Notes: a model not told the origin generated them from the sequence alone. Shown: positions 9,150 through 18,945, counted from the stretch's first letter. The stretch is DNA of 64,000 nucleotides from Nitrososphaerota archaeon (GCA_041641305.1 JBEPYN010000002.1:544001-608000); one strand, 5' to 3'. A program made the numbers and translations.

Positions 9150-9244
9150 TGCCCCGGGGCGGACTTGAACCGCCGACATCCCGGTCTTCAGCCGGGCGAT
9201 AGAGGAAACTTTTGTTTCTCTCTCCCAGTCTGAGCTACCGGGGC
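9150..9244 (-). tRNA. tRNA-Phe(GAA) with a 21-nt intron at non-canonical position 24/25 (intron 9199-9219)
   Basis: Reverse complement GCCCCGG TA GCTC AGACTGGGA GAG[AGAAACAAAAGTTTCCTCTAT]C G CCCGG CTGAAGA CCGGG ATGTC GGCGG TTCAAGT CCGCC CCGGGGC A; full cloverleaf once the intron is removed. Confidence 0.95.
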
Positions 9245-9318
9245 GCGGTATGAGTTTTTCATGGCTTGATTTAAGGTGTTTGCTGTTTTGTGTTTTTATG
9301 TAGGTTGTTTGGTTTAGG

Positions 9319-9858
9319 GTGGGGTTGGTGTCTAAGCAGCCTGTGGCGGCGGGGAGGTTTGTTAAAGGCTATGTTTCGGGTTTTGTGGCTAGGGTTGTTT
9401 CCGATGGTATTGTTTACTTCTTTACTTTGTCTACGCTTGAGGGTGAGGATGTGGTTTTCAGGATGCGGCAGCCCCCTGAATGGGTGTATACAGGCACGCC
9501 GGTGGAGGGGCTGTTGGTGAAGGCTGACGACGTTTACCAGATTCAGGACCTTTCTCAAGCGGCTGAGCTCGCTCAGCCACGTGTCGTCGAGGTCGACCGA
9601 TGCGATGTAACCTACGTAGGCACGGGCTCTGCGAAGAAACCTGTTGTCACTGGGTCAGCGGGTAGGATGGTGATTTCCGCGCCGGCGATAAGCATGGGTG
9701 TGGCGAGAAAAGCTGAGAAAATAGGATACACAAAATGTGTGTTGCATGTGGCTGACTTGGCGACGGGGGCGAGAATAGTGGCGGTCCAAACACCTCAAGA
9801 ACACAGACGAGACACCTCCATGAAGAAAGTGATAACTATGCTGAGTCATGGCGATTAG
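9319..9858 (+). CDS. Hypothetical protein, beta-rich (possible OB folds)
   Basis: Long ORF ending 3 nt before topA; alternating beta-strand pattern. Confidence 0.55.
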   Translation: MGLVSKQPVAAGRFVKGYVSGFVARVVSDGIVYFFTLSTLEGEDVVFRMRQPPEWVYTGTPVEGLLVKADDVYQIQDLSQAAELAQPRVVEVDRCDVTYVGTGSAKKPVVTGSAGRMVISAPAISMGVARKAEKIGYTKCVLHVADLATGARIVAVQTPQEHRRDTSMKKVITMLSHGD

Positions 9859-9861
9859 TAG

Positions 9862-11664
9862 ATGACTTTGGACAAAGGTGCGATGGGTGGAGAGAAGCTG
9901 ATTATAGTGGCCGAGAAGGCCAGCGTTGCTAGGGCGATAAAGGCGGTGGTCGCCGCAGCCAAGGCCAACGCCGTGGTCTCATCCGTTAGAGGCCACATGA
10001 TGGAGGCTGATCTGCCGGATGGCTACGAATGGGGTGCAAAGCATCCTCTAGAGATTATCAAGCTGAGGAAAGTTGTTGACAAAATTTCGGACAACCGTGT
10101 GTTTGAGCAGCTGGTCAAAGTTTTCAGCGGGGGAGGCTTGCTCGTTATAGCGACGGACAACGACTCCGAGGGAGAGCTCATCGGCTATGAAATTCTACAG
10201 GTTTACCGCCGTGTCAGGGGCGGCGAACCCGTTGTCTTCAGGATGCGTTTTAACTCTGTTGACCGCCGTGAGCTCTTCGCAAGCTTACGGAACCTCGAGA
10301 AAGGGCTTAACATGCGCTGGGTTGAGAAGGCGCGTTTCCGCCAAATCTTCGACTTGGTCACAGGAGCCGCATTCACGCGGTTGCTTACGCTGTCTACTCG
10401 AAGGCTTGCACCTGTCAGGGTGATTAGCTGGGGCTCATGCCAAACACCAACTCTAAACTTCGTCGTCGAAAGAGAGAAAGAAATACAGCGGTTCAAACCG
10501 CAAAAATACTGGGTTCTAGAAGCCACTCTGAGAACTGCAGGCGGAGAAGAGTTCAAGGCTGCGACGCAGCAGATATGGAGCAGGGAGAAGGCGGAGCAGG
10601 CTTTTGAGAAGGCTCGGAAAGCTGGTGAGGCTGTTGTCACAGCCTACAGCAAGGCTGAGAAAACCCTGCCAAGGCCGCTTCCGATGAGGACCGACGACGT
10701 TCTCAGGGATTTGACGAGGATAACGGGGGTTTCGGCTAACAGGCTGCTGGCCATGATGGAGGAGCTTTACGCCGAGGGCTACATCAGCTATCCACGCACC
10801 GACACCAACAGGTATAGACGCGGCTTCGACTTCCAAACACCTCTCAACGCCGTAACGGCCGCAGATGCCCTGCGGGACGCGAAACCAGATAAATCAGAAC
10901 CCGTTCCAAGAAACGGGTCAAGAGACGATGGAGCTCATCCGCCCATTTACCCTGTGGCCACCTACCGCGGCACCGGTGTTTTAATGCAAATATGGGAATA
11001 CATAGCCCGGCGCTTCTACGCCAACGCCTTCTTCGACGACGCTGTTCAGTCAACCTCAAGGGCCGAAATAGACATAGATGAGTTAACATTTTCAGCCGAG
11101 GGCTCGACGACCACAAAACAAGGTTACCTACAGGTCTTCACATATTTCCGGCCCCGCGATAAGCCACTTCCGGAGCTCATGGTGGGTGAAAAGCTTCGGA
11201 TAATCGACGTGGCTATTCGGGAGGATGAGACAAAGCCTCCGCCACGCCTGACCGAGGCCGACCTCCTGAAACTGATGGAGAAAAACGGTATAGGAACCGA
11301 TGCAACACGCGCATCCTTCCCTCAGCTGATAACTGAGCGCAACTACGCCGTGAGGGTTGGCAGGGTTTTCAAGCCGACGCCTCTGGGAATGGCGTTGATC
11401 GAGGCTTTAGCCGAGGCAGATACACGGCTTGTAACACCTGAGACGAGGCGGCTTGTCGAAGACTATATGGCGAAAATCGAGCGCGGGGAAACAGGGTTTG
11501 AAGAAAGCCTTGAGCAAAGCCTCCGACTCTACGAGGAGCTTCTCAAGAGATGCAGCGATAAAATAGATGAGATCAGCAGTAGCCTCGCCCAACACATCAA
11601 ACCCATGGCTCGAAAGAAAGCGGCTAAAAAGAAACATGATGGATTCACAAACCTTAATAAATAA
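9862..11664 (+). CDS. topA: Type IA DNA topoisomerase (archaeal TopA/Topo III), no C-terminal Zn fingers
   Basis: Toprim AEKAS, ATDNDSEGELIG, QTPTL, active-site GYISYPRTD, AHPPIYP, GIGTDATRA. Confidence 0.95.
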   Translation: MTLDKGAMGGEKLIIVAEKASVARAIKAVVAAAKANAVVSSVRGHMMEADLPDGYEWGAKHPLEIIKLRKVVDKISDNRVFEQLVKVFSGGGLLVIATDNDSEGELIGYEILQVYRRVRGGEPVVFRMRFNSVDRRELFASLRNLEKGLNMRWVEKARFRQIFDLVTGAAFTRLLTLSTRRLAPVRVISWGSCQTPTLNFVVEREKEIQRFKPQKYWVLEATLRTAGGEEFKAATQQIWSREKAEQAFEKARKAGEAVVTAYSKAEKTLPRPLPMRTDDVLRDLTRITGVSANRLLAMMEELYAEGYISYPRTDTNRYRRGFDFQTPLNAVTAADALRDAKPDKSEPVPRNGSRDDGAHPPIYPVATYRGTGVLMQIWEYIARRFYANAFFDDAVQSTSRAEIDIDELTFSAEGSTTTKQGYLQVFTYFRPRDKPLPELMVGEKLRIIDVAIREDETKPPPRLTEADLLKLMEKNGIGTDATRASFPQLITERNYAVRVGRVFKPTPLGMALIEALAEADTRLVTPETRRLVEDYMAKIERGETGFEESLEQSLRLYEELLKRCSDKIDEISSSLAQHIKPMARKKAAKKKHDGFTNLNK

Positions 11665-11687
11665 ATAATGTTGAGACGTGCTGAGAG

Positions 11688-12836
11688 ATGGTTGTGCTGT
11701 TTGCCGCGTTTCTGAACCCGTCGTCAGGTGGAGACAATATCCTATCCCTATTGCTGTCGCTTGTATGGTTTGCTTTTTTGATGATTTTCTTCCTTTATCC
11801 ATCGTTTGGTCAGCGTATGCAGCTCTCTTACATGCTTCGAGACCTTGAGAGGAAGTTGAACAAGCTCAAGCTCATCAAGGACGAGATTAACCAGATAACT
11901 GTTGAGACAATTAAGCGGGTTGGTAAGCCTGAGAAAGACCCCGCGCCCGACATAAACAGGCTGAGCGAGTTCTTCGTAATCCAGCCCGAATCAATGGACC
12001 CCTATGGCTTGGTCTACAAACTGGAGCATATTCTCGAGACAGGGGAATCGGTGTATGAGGAGGAGGTGGCTAAGCTGGCGCCCCATGCGACAGAGCATCA
12101 GGTCAAGTCTTTGACAAACCTTGTAGAAGTTCTCCGCGGGATCAACACAATATACCGCGTCGTCCGCCACTACTACCTGCTGGGTAAAAAGACCGCCAAC
12201 ATCTACATGGTTCTACAGATACAGATGATTCTGCCGCAGATAATAGAGATAGCCGAGTCCTATAGGCAGGCGGCTGTCGCCTTCAGCAAGGGGCAGCCGA
12301 TAGGCGACGGTGTTGGCCCGCTTGTTGCCGCGAAGCTTGTGGATGGTTCGGAGAAAGATAGGTATGAGATTGCTAAGGACACGGTTGTTCAGGAGATTGA
12401 GCTGGATAACAGGAGGGTCTATGTTGTCAGGGCCATTGGGCCGGGTGGAACGGTGGGAAGACCCGGGGAAGGCGTCAAACAGCTTGTTGAGAGGCTCGGT
12501 GAAAACCCGAAGCTCATTATAACCATCGATGCGGCCCTCAAGCTTGAGGGGGAGGAGACGGGTAAAATCGCCGAAGGAGTGGGTGTAGCGATAGGGGGGC
12601 CTGGTGTTGACAAGTATAAGATAGAGGAGCTGGCGAAGAGCCGCGGCATTCCGCTATATGCCTTCGTCATCTTCCAATCCATCACAGAGGCCATAACACC
12701 CATGCGTGAATCCATCGCCAAAGCTGCTGACCAAGTGCTTGAGAAAGTTAAGCAGCTGATTCTGGAAAAAGTGAAGAGCGGCGAGTCCGTGATAGTCGCA
12801 GGCATCGGTAACACCATCGGGGTGGGCTTGGGATGA
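11688..12836 (+). CDS. DUF1512 family membrane-anchored protein
   Basis: N-terminal TM, PESMDPYG, PIGDGVGPLVA, IDAALKLEGE, GIGNTIGVG. Confidence 0.8.
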   Translation: MVVLFAAFLNPSSGGDNILSLLLSLVWFAFLMIFFLYPSFGQRMQLSYMLRDLERKLNKLKLIKDEINQITVETIKRVGKPEKDPAPDINRLSEFFVIQPESMDPYGLVYKLEHILETGESVYEEEVAKLAPHATEHQVKSLTNLVEVLRGINTIYRVVRHYYLLGKKTANIYMVLQIQMILPQIIEIAESYRQAAVAFSKGQPIGDGVGPLVAAKLVDGSEKDRYEIAKDTVVQEIELDNRRVYVVRAIGPGGTVGRPGEGVKQLVERLGENPKLIITIDAALKLEGEETGKIAEGVGVAIGGPGVDKYKIEELAKSRGIPLYAFVIFQSITEAITPMRESIAKAADQVLEKVKQLILEKVKSGESVIVAGIGNTIGVGLG

Positions 12837-13054
12837 GCGAGCCATCAATTGTATTAGGTGGACGATCAAGAGAGAAGACACCGGAGCCTCTTACGTTCCT
12901 CAAATGCCTCAGCTGCGGTGTCGAGAACTCGAGACCATTCAGAGAAAATGACTATGTTTTGAAGATTGTTGAGGATGAGAAATGTCCCAAATGCGGCGGC
13001 ACTCGAAGCAAGATTGTGAACATCTACGTGCCCGAGAAGAAGATGTCTAAGTAA
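12833..13054 (+). CDS. Small zinc-ribbon protein
   Basis: CLSC...RPFRENDYV...CPKC; ATGA overlap with DUF1512. Confidence 0.7.
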   Translation: MSEPSIVLGGRSREKTPEPLTFLKCLSCGVENSRPFRENDYVLKIVEDEKCPKCGGTRSKIVNIYVPEKKMSK

Positions 13055-13949
13055 TCACCGTGCAGCCGTCCTTTTCCACCAAAACAGTGTGCTCGGCCTG
13101 CGCCACCGGCTTATTCAGCCTCTCAACGAGCACAGGATAGGCCTTAACCCTGCCGGTTTTGACCAGCCTTTCATGGACGGAAATGGTTTCATGTCCCAAG
13201 TCTGTAAGCCATCGCAGGCTGTAGGGGAGGCCGTCGAACCTCTCGGATAAGGTCTTCAAGAGGTTGGACTCGGGGGTGGATGCTTGGCCGGTGAAGGGCT
13301 TGCCCAGCCTGAATATTGTCGCGTTTCTATGCTCAACTACTTCTCCGAAGCCGTCGGCGACTGTTGCGAAAGGCTCTATCGCGTATATGTGGCCTTCTTG
13401 AAGCTTGGCCCCGTCTCCTGCAGCTATGTTGGGTATTGAGACGCCTGCGTGAAGGTTGTATCGCTGAATCTCATGGCCTGTGAGGTTGCGTATAGGCTTC
13501 ACACCATAACGGGTCAAAACGTTCTGCACCGCCGCCCCGACCGCGGAGACCTTTACACCCGCGGACACAGTTTTCACAGCAGCTTTCAAAGCCTCTTCAA
13601 CAGCTGTCTTCAACATTTCACCAACCGCGGTGTCGGTGACTGTTACAGCGGTGTCGGCGATGTATCCATCCAACAGTACACCGAAATCAATTTTCGCAAC
13701 AAAATTTCTATGCAGAGTTGAGGTGTCGCCTGGAGGAGGAGAATAATGTGCCGCAACACCGTCTACGGAGATGTTGCATGGGAAAGCAGGCTTGCAGCCA
13801 CTGTCAAAAATCATGTTCTCTATCTTCTCCGCTATCTGCAGCAGACTAACACCCGGAGAGACGATTAAGGGCACAGCTGCTCTGATGCGTCTCGCAACCT
13901 CCCCAGCTGTGAACAACGCATCCAGCCCAGACAACCCGTTACACAGCAT
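13047..13949 (-). CDS. map: Type II methionine aminopeptidase
   Basis: AFPCNIS, AAHY, KIDFGV..DGYIADTA, NLTGH, AIEPF, AQAEHT. Confidence 0.95.
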   Translation of the reverse strand: MLCNGLSGLDALFTAGEVARRIRAAVPLIVSPGVSLLQIAEKIENMIFDSGCKPAFPCNISVDGVAAHYSPPPGDTSTLHRNFVAKIDFGVLLDGYIADTAVTVTDTAVGEMLKTAVEEALKAAVKTVSAGVKVSAVGAAVQNVLTRYGVKPIRNLTGHEIQRYNLHAGVSIPNIAAGDGAKLQEGHIYAIEPFATVADGFGEVVEHRNATIFRLGKPFTGQASTPESNLLKTLSERFDGLPYSLRWLTDLGHETISVHERLVKTGRVKAYPVLVERLNKPVAQAEHTVLVEKDGCTVIT

Positions 13950-13982
13950 CCTGATCCAGGTTATTTACCCTAGCGCCAGCCG

Positions 13983-14750
13983 CTACTTTTTCTGACCCGT
14001 GCGCATTTTTTCCACAAGCTCAGATATCTTGGTGTTCAGCTCAGCCACGAGCTCGTTTCTCAGCTCAGGCTGGGCCACTAGGATAACAACCTCGAGCACA
14101 GCCTCGTTTTGTCCACGCTCCTTAACGGATACAATCGGTGGAAACCTTTGGTCAAGCTTGCCTCTGTACTTGTTGCAGAGCTTGAGTATCTCGGTCTCAG
14201 CATGTGGTATACTCACGCCCTGTGGAATATGGACAGTCAAAGTGGCTCTCCGCGGAGCGATTGGGGAGAGGTTTAGAGATATTTCTTTGAGTAGAACGGA
14301 GTTGGGGACGACTGCTACGGAACCTTCTTCTAGGATTAGGAGCGATGCGACTGGGTTGATTTCGACCACCTTGCCCCTGAAGCTGGAGACCTGAATTTCG
14401 TCTCCCACGTTGATGGGTATGAAGCTTCCAATCAGATATCTCGAGGAGATGTTGCTGAGAATGTCGCGGACCGCAATAATAGCTGCCACGCCAGCCAGTC
14501 CTATGAGTAGAAAAAGAACGTCGAGGTTGAGTCCAAGCTGGTTAACGATGAACAGCAGCCCTACCAGCCAGATAAAAATCGAGACACCTCTGGTTATCTG
14601 CTCGTTCAGCAGCGGGGGTGCTCTGAACAACAGTCTGCGAAGAATCGATGAGGCTATACGCGCTACGAGAGCTGTGACAAGAAGCATGATCGCTACAATG
14701 GCCAATTGTAGAGTTATCGCTGTGAGCTCGGGAAGCTCCGCCAAAATCAT
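13983..14750 (-). CDS. Small-conductance mechanosensitive channel (MscS family)
   Basis: 3 TM helices, then DILSN..PINVGDEIQV..GKV..VPNS. Confidence 0.85.
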   Translation of the reverse strand: MILAELPELTAITLQLAIVAIMLLVTALVARIASSILRRLLFRAPPLLNEQITRGVSIFIWLVGLLFIVNQLGLNLDVLFLLIGLAGVAAIIAVRDILSNISSRYLIGSFIPINVGDEIQVSSFRGKVVEINPVASLLILEEGSVAVVPNSVLLKEISLNLSPIAPRRATLTVHIPQGVSIPHAETEILKLCNKYRGKLDQRFPPIVSVKERGQNEAVLEVVILVAQPELRNELVAELNTKISELVEKMRTGQKK

Positions 14751-16096
14751 CCAACCACCTCCTCAACAATTTTCCTCTCAGCCTCGATGCCTCTTTCTAA
14801 CGTGCAGAGTTTTGCGGTTTCACGGCCTCTGTCACCCATCTCCCTAGCGAGTGAATCGTTCTCCAACAATTGTAGCATCCTATCGGCCAAGCCATCGACA
14901 TCATCGGGTTCAAAAACGTATCCGTTGTAGCCATCTTCGACGAGCTCGGCTATGCCGGCTGTGCTGCTTACTATCGCTGGTTTGCCGTACAGCCAGCTTT
15001 CCACAACCACCAGCCCGAACCCTTCGGTGACCGAGGGAAGCACCGTGAACTGGGAGAGTGTATATGCTGCCTCAAGCTCCTTCTGGGTGACATGACCTGT
15101 GAATACAACATGTCGTTCGAGGCCGAAGCTTTTCACAAGACCTGTGAGATAATCGCGCCACATCTCACCCTTAGAGAGGCCTAAACCCTGTCGGGAGCTG
15201 GAAAAGCTACCGTTACCCACGATCAGAAGCTTGGCATCATGTTTTTTCACGACCTTAGCCAAAGCCTTGATAGCCCTATCATGCCCCTTCATTGGATCCA
15301 TTCTAGCTACTATTGAAACGATTTTGTCATCCATGCTGAGTCCATGCTTGTCTGCAAAACGCTGTAAATCGCCTCGTGTAGGTGCTCCATACTGACCTGC
15401 GTCGATGTAGGGATATACGTAGTAGGCTTTGCCGCCGTAACCTATGTTGAGGAGAGTTTTCATGTAGTTTTTGGAGCTGACTACGATGGCGTCGTAGGAG
15501 TTCAAAAACCTCACCAGAAACTCGGGCCACTCGGGCGGTATGACTCGTTTGTCGAAGGGGATGTGCCACCTAAAAATTTTTGGCTTCATGGTTTTCATCA
15601 TCTCACCCATAGGTAGTTGCTGAAAATCATGAATATAGAAAACGTCAAAATCTATTTCTTTGTCAAGTGTCATCGCTGTTTCGCTGCATACTCTGTTATA
15701 CATGTTGTAGTAGATGTAGTCTTCTGACCATGCGAGTTCGAGGAGCGAGAGTGTTGACTCATTCTGCATACCGTGGAAAATCTTCCACATGCTTTCCTTC
15801 ACCGCACCATAGCCCTTCAAAGCCTCGGACCCGAGCTTTACAAAATGCAGCCACAGCCTATCCAAGCGTATCTTATCAGGTGCAGCCGGGTTGAGAGATA
15901 TCCAATGAGCCTCTTCCAGAAAATTTGATTCAAGCATGTGAGATAATAGGGGGTAAACCATTCTAGTCACCCCGCCAGGTGAGTAGATATAATCAGCGCC
16001 CTCCACAAGCTCCGAAAAATCAACAGACTCCACGACGCCTTCAACGGGCCTCAGAAAACGTATGAGCGGAGTTTGTGAACAAACAAGCATCCGCAT
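14747..16096 (-). CDS. GT4 family glycosyltransferase (TreT/trehalose-operon GT-like)
   Basis: SPGGV, IHDFQQL, FRWHIP, ARMDPMKG, EGFGLVVVESW. Confidence 0.85.
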   Translation of the reverse strand: MRMLVCSQTPLIRFLRPVEGVVESVDFSELVEGADYIYSPGGVTRMVYPLLSHMLESNFLEEAHWISLNPAAPDKIRLDRLWLHFVKLGSEALKGYGAVKESMWKIFHGMQNESTLSLLELAWSEDYIYYNMYNRVCSETAMTLDKEIDFDVFYIHDFQQLPMGEMMKTMKPKIFRWHIPFDKRVIPPEWPEFLVRFLNSYDAIVVSSKNYMKTLLNIGYGGKAYYVYPYIDAGQYGAPTRGDLQRFADKHGLSMDDKIVSIVARMDPMKGHDRAIKALAKVVKKHDAKLLIVGNGSFSSSRQGLGLSKGEMWRDYLTGLVKSFGLERHVVFTGHVTQKELEAAYTLSQFTVLPSVTEGFGLVVVESWLYGKPAIVSSTAGIAELVEDGYNGYVFEPDDVDGLADRMLQLLENDSLAREMGDRGRETAKLCTLERGIEAERKIVEEVVG

Positions 16097-16160
16097 ACAT
16101 TCTTCAGCATCATCCGACCCCTTTATACATTATCTAGTCAACCTTTCTCGAACATATGTT

Positions 16161-16234
16161 TGCGGCCGGCGGGATTTGAACCCGCGACTACCAGCGTGGA
16201 AGGCTGGTGTCCTACCAGGCTAGACCACGGCCGC
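16161..16234 (-). tRNA. tRNA-Gly(TCC)
   Basis: Reverse complement GCGGCCG TG GTCT AGCCTGGT AGGAC A CCAGC CTTCCAC GCTGG TAGTC GCGGG TTCAAAT CCCGC CGGCCGC A. Confidence 0.96.
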
Positions 16235-16986
16235 TACGTTCGGAGATTTGTTTCGGCGGGATAAAACCTTAACCTGTCTTTGACGCTGATTGTTCCAGGT
16301 TTGACCACTGTGGCGTAGAGGCCGAACGTTCCGTCGCAGGTTGTTCTCAGTGTTTTGAGCAGCTCGAGTTTTCTGCTCAGGTTTTTCTGTTTGTGGGTGA
16401 TGACTATGCATCGTTTCGTTGGCTTGACTATTTTCAGTAATGCTTCACCGGCTTCGAGGTATCCGCCTACAATTGTTTCATCATCCTGTTCCGATGAGAA
16501 AACGATGTTTGGCCTGAAGCGGGCTGCATCGTCGAGGCTGAGTCCCATTTTCTCAAGGCTTCTTAGATTGATTAGGTGGATGGGCATCGAGTCGTGGAAA
16601 CGTGTTTCACGTGTCTCTCCTGTTTTTTCGAAAACTATGTTCTTCTCGAAATCTATCTCAAGACCTCTAAAGCTCAGCGGTATGCCTGTGTTTTGGACAA
16701 GCCTCACAGGTCGTCCGAGGAAATTTGTCAGCATATCGTCATAGTTGTCATTAACTACGGCATCTGGGAAAATCAGGTTAAGGACCCCATTCGCAAGCCT
16801 GGCCCCTATTGTGAGTAGACGCGGCTCTCCCTTCGCTGATAGAGCAAAGCCTGTGAGGGTGTCCACGACGGCAAATAACCGGTCGCCATCAAACCCGTCA
16901 AAAGAAACATCAACATACTCAAGCTCTTCACCTAACAGAGACTTGACAGGATAACGGAACAGTTTCACAACTCGAAATTCATTCAA
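16234..16986 (-). CDS. MOSC domain (mARC/YcbX-like) protein
   Basis: RYPVKS, GDRLFAV, FHDSMPIHLI, RFRPNIV, PTKRC; likely TTG start 16986 (ORF track starts 17040). Confidence 0.88.
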   Translation of the reverse strand: MNEFRVVKLFRYPVKSLLGEELEYVDVSFDGFDGDRLFAVVDTLTGFALSAKGEPRLLTIGARLANGVLNLIFPDAVVNDNYDDMLTNFLGRPVRLVQNTGIPLSFRGLEIDFEKNIVFEKTGETRETRFHDSMPIHLINLRSLEKMGLSLDDAARFRPNIVFSSEQDDETIVGGYLEAGEALLKIVKPTKRCIVITHKQKNLSRKLELLKTLRTTCDGTFGLYATVVKPGTISVKDRLRFYPAETNLRT

Positions 16987-17011
16987 CCCTCGGCGAGATG
17001 GGGAATAAGCA

Positions 17012-17019
17012 TATAAATA
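17012..17019 (+). promoter_or_regulatory. TATA box for tRNA-Met
   Basis: TATAAATA about 27-34 nt upstream of the tRNA 5' end. Confidence 0.55.
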
Positions 17020-17045
17020 TTCTTCACCACCCCTACACATGGAAC

Positions 17046-17120
17046 GCCGGGGTAACTCAGCCTGGCCAGAGTGCGGGGCTCATAATCCCGTTGTCGTGGG
17101 TTCGAATCCCACCCCCGGCA
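17046..17120 (+). tRNA. tRNA-Met(CAT), elongator type, no intron
   Basis: GCCGGGG TA ACTC AGCCTGGCCA GAGT G CGGGG CTCATAA TCCCG TTGTC GTGGG TTCGAAT CCCAC CCCCGGC A; G1-C72, so not the initiator. Confidence 0.92.
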
Positions 17121-17214
17121 TGATGCCATGAAATCTATTGCAGTTTGGTTGCATAATGTGTCAGCAACTCTATCTTTACGCAAGATTTAAAAGGGGATGG
17201 GCGGGGTTGTAGGC

Positions 17215-18882
17215 ATGGTTCGCCGTTTGTATAGTCATGAAGTTACTGAGGGGCCTGAGCGGGCTCCTCACCGTGCTATGCTTAGAGCTGTTGGGCTGAG
17301 AGATGAGGACTTTGGTAAACCTTTCATCGGGGTAGCCAGCACAGGTAACGAGGTGACACCCTGCAACCTTCATCTCACAGACCTCGCGAAAGAGGCGAGG
17401 AGAGGTGTTTGGGAGAATAGCGGAGTGGGAATAGAGTTCACGACTATCGCGATAAGCGATGGAATATCGATGAACACCGAGGGTATGAAGGGCTCGCTTG
17501 TGAGCCGTGAGGTAATCGCTGACTCGATTGAGGTTATGTGTTTTGCGGAGAGGTTTGACGGTTTGGTGGGCATAGCGGGCTGCGACAAAAGCTTGCCAGG
17601 TACCGTGATGGCTATGGCCCGCCTCAACATACCGTCCATCTTCCTCTACGGCGGAACAATCCTCCCCGGAAAATACATGGGGCGGGATGTTACTCTTCAG
17701 GATGTTTACGAAGCGGTCGGCAGCTATAGCACAGGCCAAATGACGCTGCAGCAGTTGATTGAGCTGGAGAAAGTCGCTTGTCCGACGGAGGGCTCCTGCG
17801 CAGGCCTCTACACAGCCAACACCATGGCCTCGGCTATAGAGGCTCTGGGAATGTCTCTCCCCGGCACGGCCTCGATACCTGCCGTCGACCAGAGAATCTA
17901 TGACGCTGCATACAGATCGGGTGCGCAGGTCCTGAAACTCTTGGAAAACGGGATAAAGCCACGCGACATAATGACATACGAGGCCTTTGAGAACGCGATA
18001 ACAGTTGTCTGCGCGATGGGCGGCTCAACAAACTCTGTTCTTCATATACCAGCCATGGCCTATGAGGCTGGTGTAAAACTCGACATCGATGTCTTTGACA
18101 GAATCAGTAGGAGAACACCTCATATCGCCGACATGAGGCCCGGCGGCAGGTTTGTCATGGTTGACTTGGACAGGGTTGGGGGTGTGCCCGTTGTTTTGAA
18201 GAAGCTTCTTAACGCCGGTCTCCTACACGGAGACTGCCTAACAGTTACCGGAAAAACTCTAGCGGAAAACCTTAGAGAAATGAAAATAGGAGACGGCGGA
18301 GAAGTCGTAAGGCCTCTGAACAATCCTATACATCCGACAGGCGGTATAGCGATCCTGAAAGGAAACCTCGCTCCAGAGGGTGCAGTAGTCAAGTCAACAG
18401 CATCGACCGTGCAGTATTTCAAAGGCCCCGCCCGAGTGTTCAACTCCGAGGAAGAAGCCTACAGAGCTCTGCTAAGAAGGGAAATTCAGCCGGGCGAGGT
18501 CATAGTTATCCGTTACGAGGGGCCGAGAGGTGGGCCCGGTATGCGGGAGATGCTTGCTGTCACTGCAATCGTTGTTGGACAGGGCTTGAAGGAAAAAGTG
18601 GCTCTCTTAACTGACGGCCGCTTCTCAGGAGCAACACATGGGCTGATGGTTGGACATGTCTCACCCGAGGCCGCCGTCGGCGGGCCAATAGCCGCCCTCA
18701 AAGACGGCGACATCGTGGAAATCGATGTACCAAACCGCAAGCTATCCGTCGAGCTCTCCGACGAAGAGATAAAGAAGAGGATGGAGAACTGGACGCCGCC
18801 TCCGCCGAAATATACGCGGGGCGTTCTGGCCAAGTACGCCAAGCTGGTGGGCTCTGCGAGCAGAGGAGCCGTATGCGGATAA
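17215..18882 (+). CDS. ilvD: Dihydroxy-acid dehydratase
   Basis: [58 protein letters not shown]. Confidence 0.97.
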   Translation: MVRRLYSHEVTEGPERAPHRAMLRAVGLRDEDFGKPFIGVASTGNEVTPCNLHLTDLAKEARRGVWENSGVGIEFTTIAISDGISMNTEGMKGSLVSREVIADSIEVMCFAERFDGLVGIAGCDKSLPGTVMAMARLNIPSIFLYGGTILPGKYMGRDVTLQDVYEAVGSYSTGQMTLQQLIELEKVACPTEGSCAGLYTANTMASAIEALGMSLPGTASIPAVDQRIYDAAYRSGAQVLKLLENGIKPRDIMTYEAFENAITVVCAMGGSTNSVLHIPAMAYEAGVKLDIDVFDRISRRTPHIADMRPGGRFVMVDLDRVGGVPVVLKKLLNAGLLHGDCLTVTGKTLAENLREMKIGDGGEVVRPLNNPIHPTGGIAILKGNLAPEGAVVKSTASTVQYFKGPARVFNSEEEAYRALLRREIQPGEVIVIRYEGPRGGPGMREMLAVTAIVVGQGLKEKVALLTDGRFSGATHGLMVGHVSPEAAVGGPIAALKDGDIVEIDVPNRKLSVELSDEEIKKRMENWTPPPPKYTRGVLAKYAKLVGSASRGAVCG

Positions 18883-18945
18883 CCGTTTAAAACTCTTTAT
18901 AAGAGTATCAGCAGTGTTATCGCGGGTTGATGAGGTGGATGGCCG

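Noticed and set aside
17046-17120. Initiator tRNA-Met or tRNA-Ile2
   Set aside because: G1-C72 and the GCCGGGG acceptor stem fit elongator Met; no A1-U72 initiator pair
17176-17739. 187-aa antisense ORF (likewise 24362-24949, 36547-37158, 40970-41557, 57437-57991, 20228-20926)
   Set aside because: Shadow ORFs overlapping well-supported genes, with no motifs of their own
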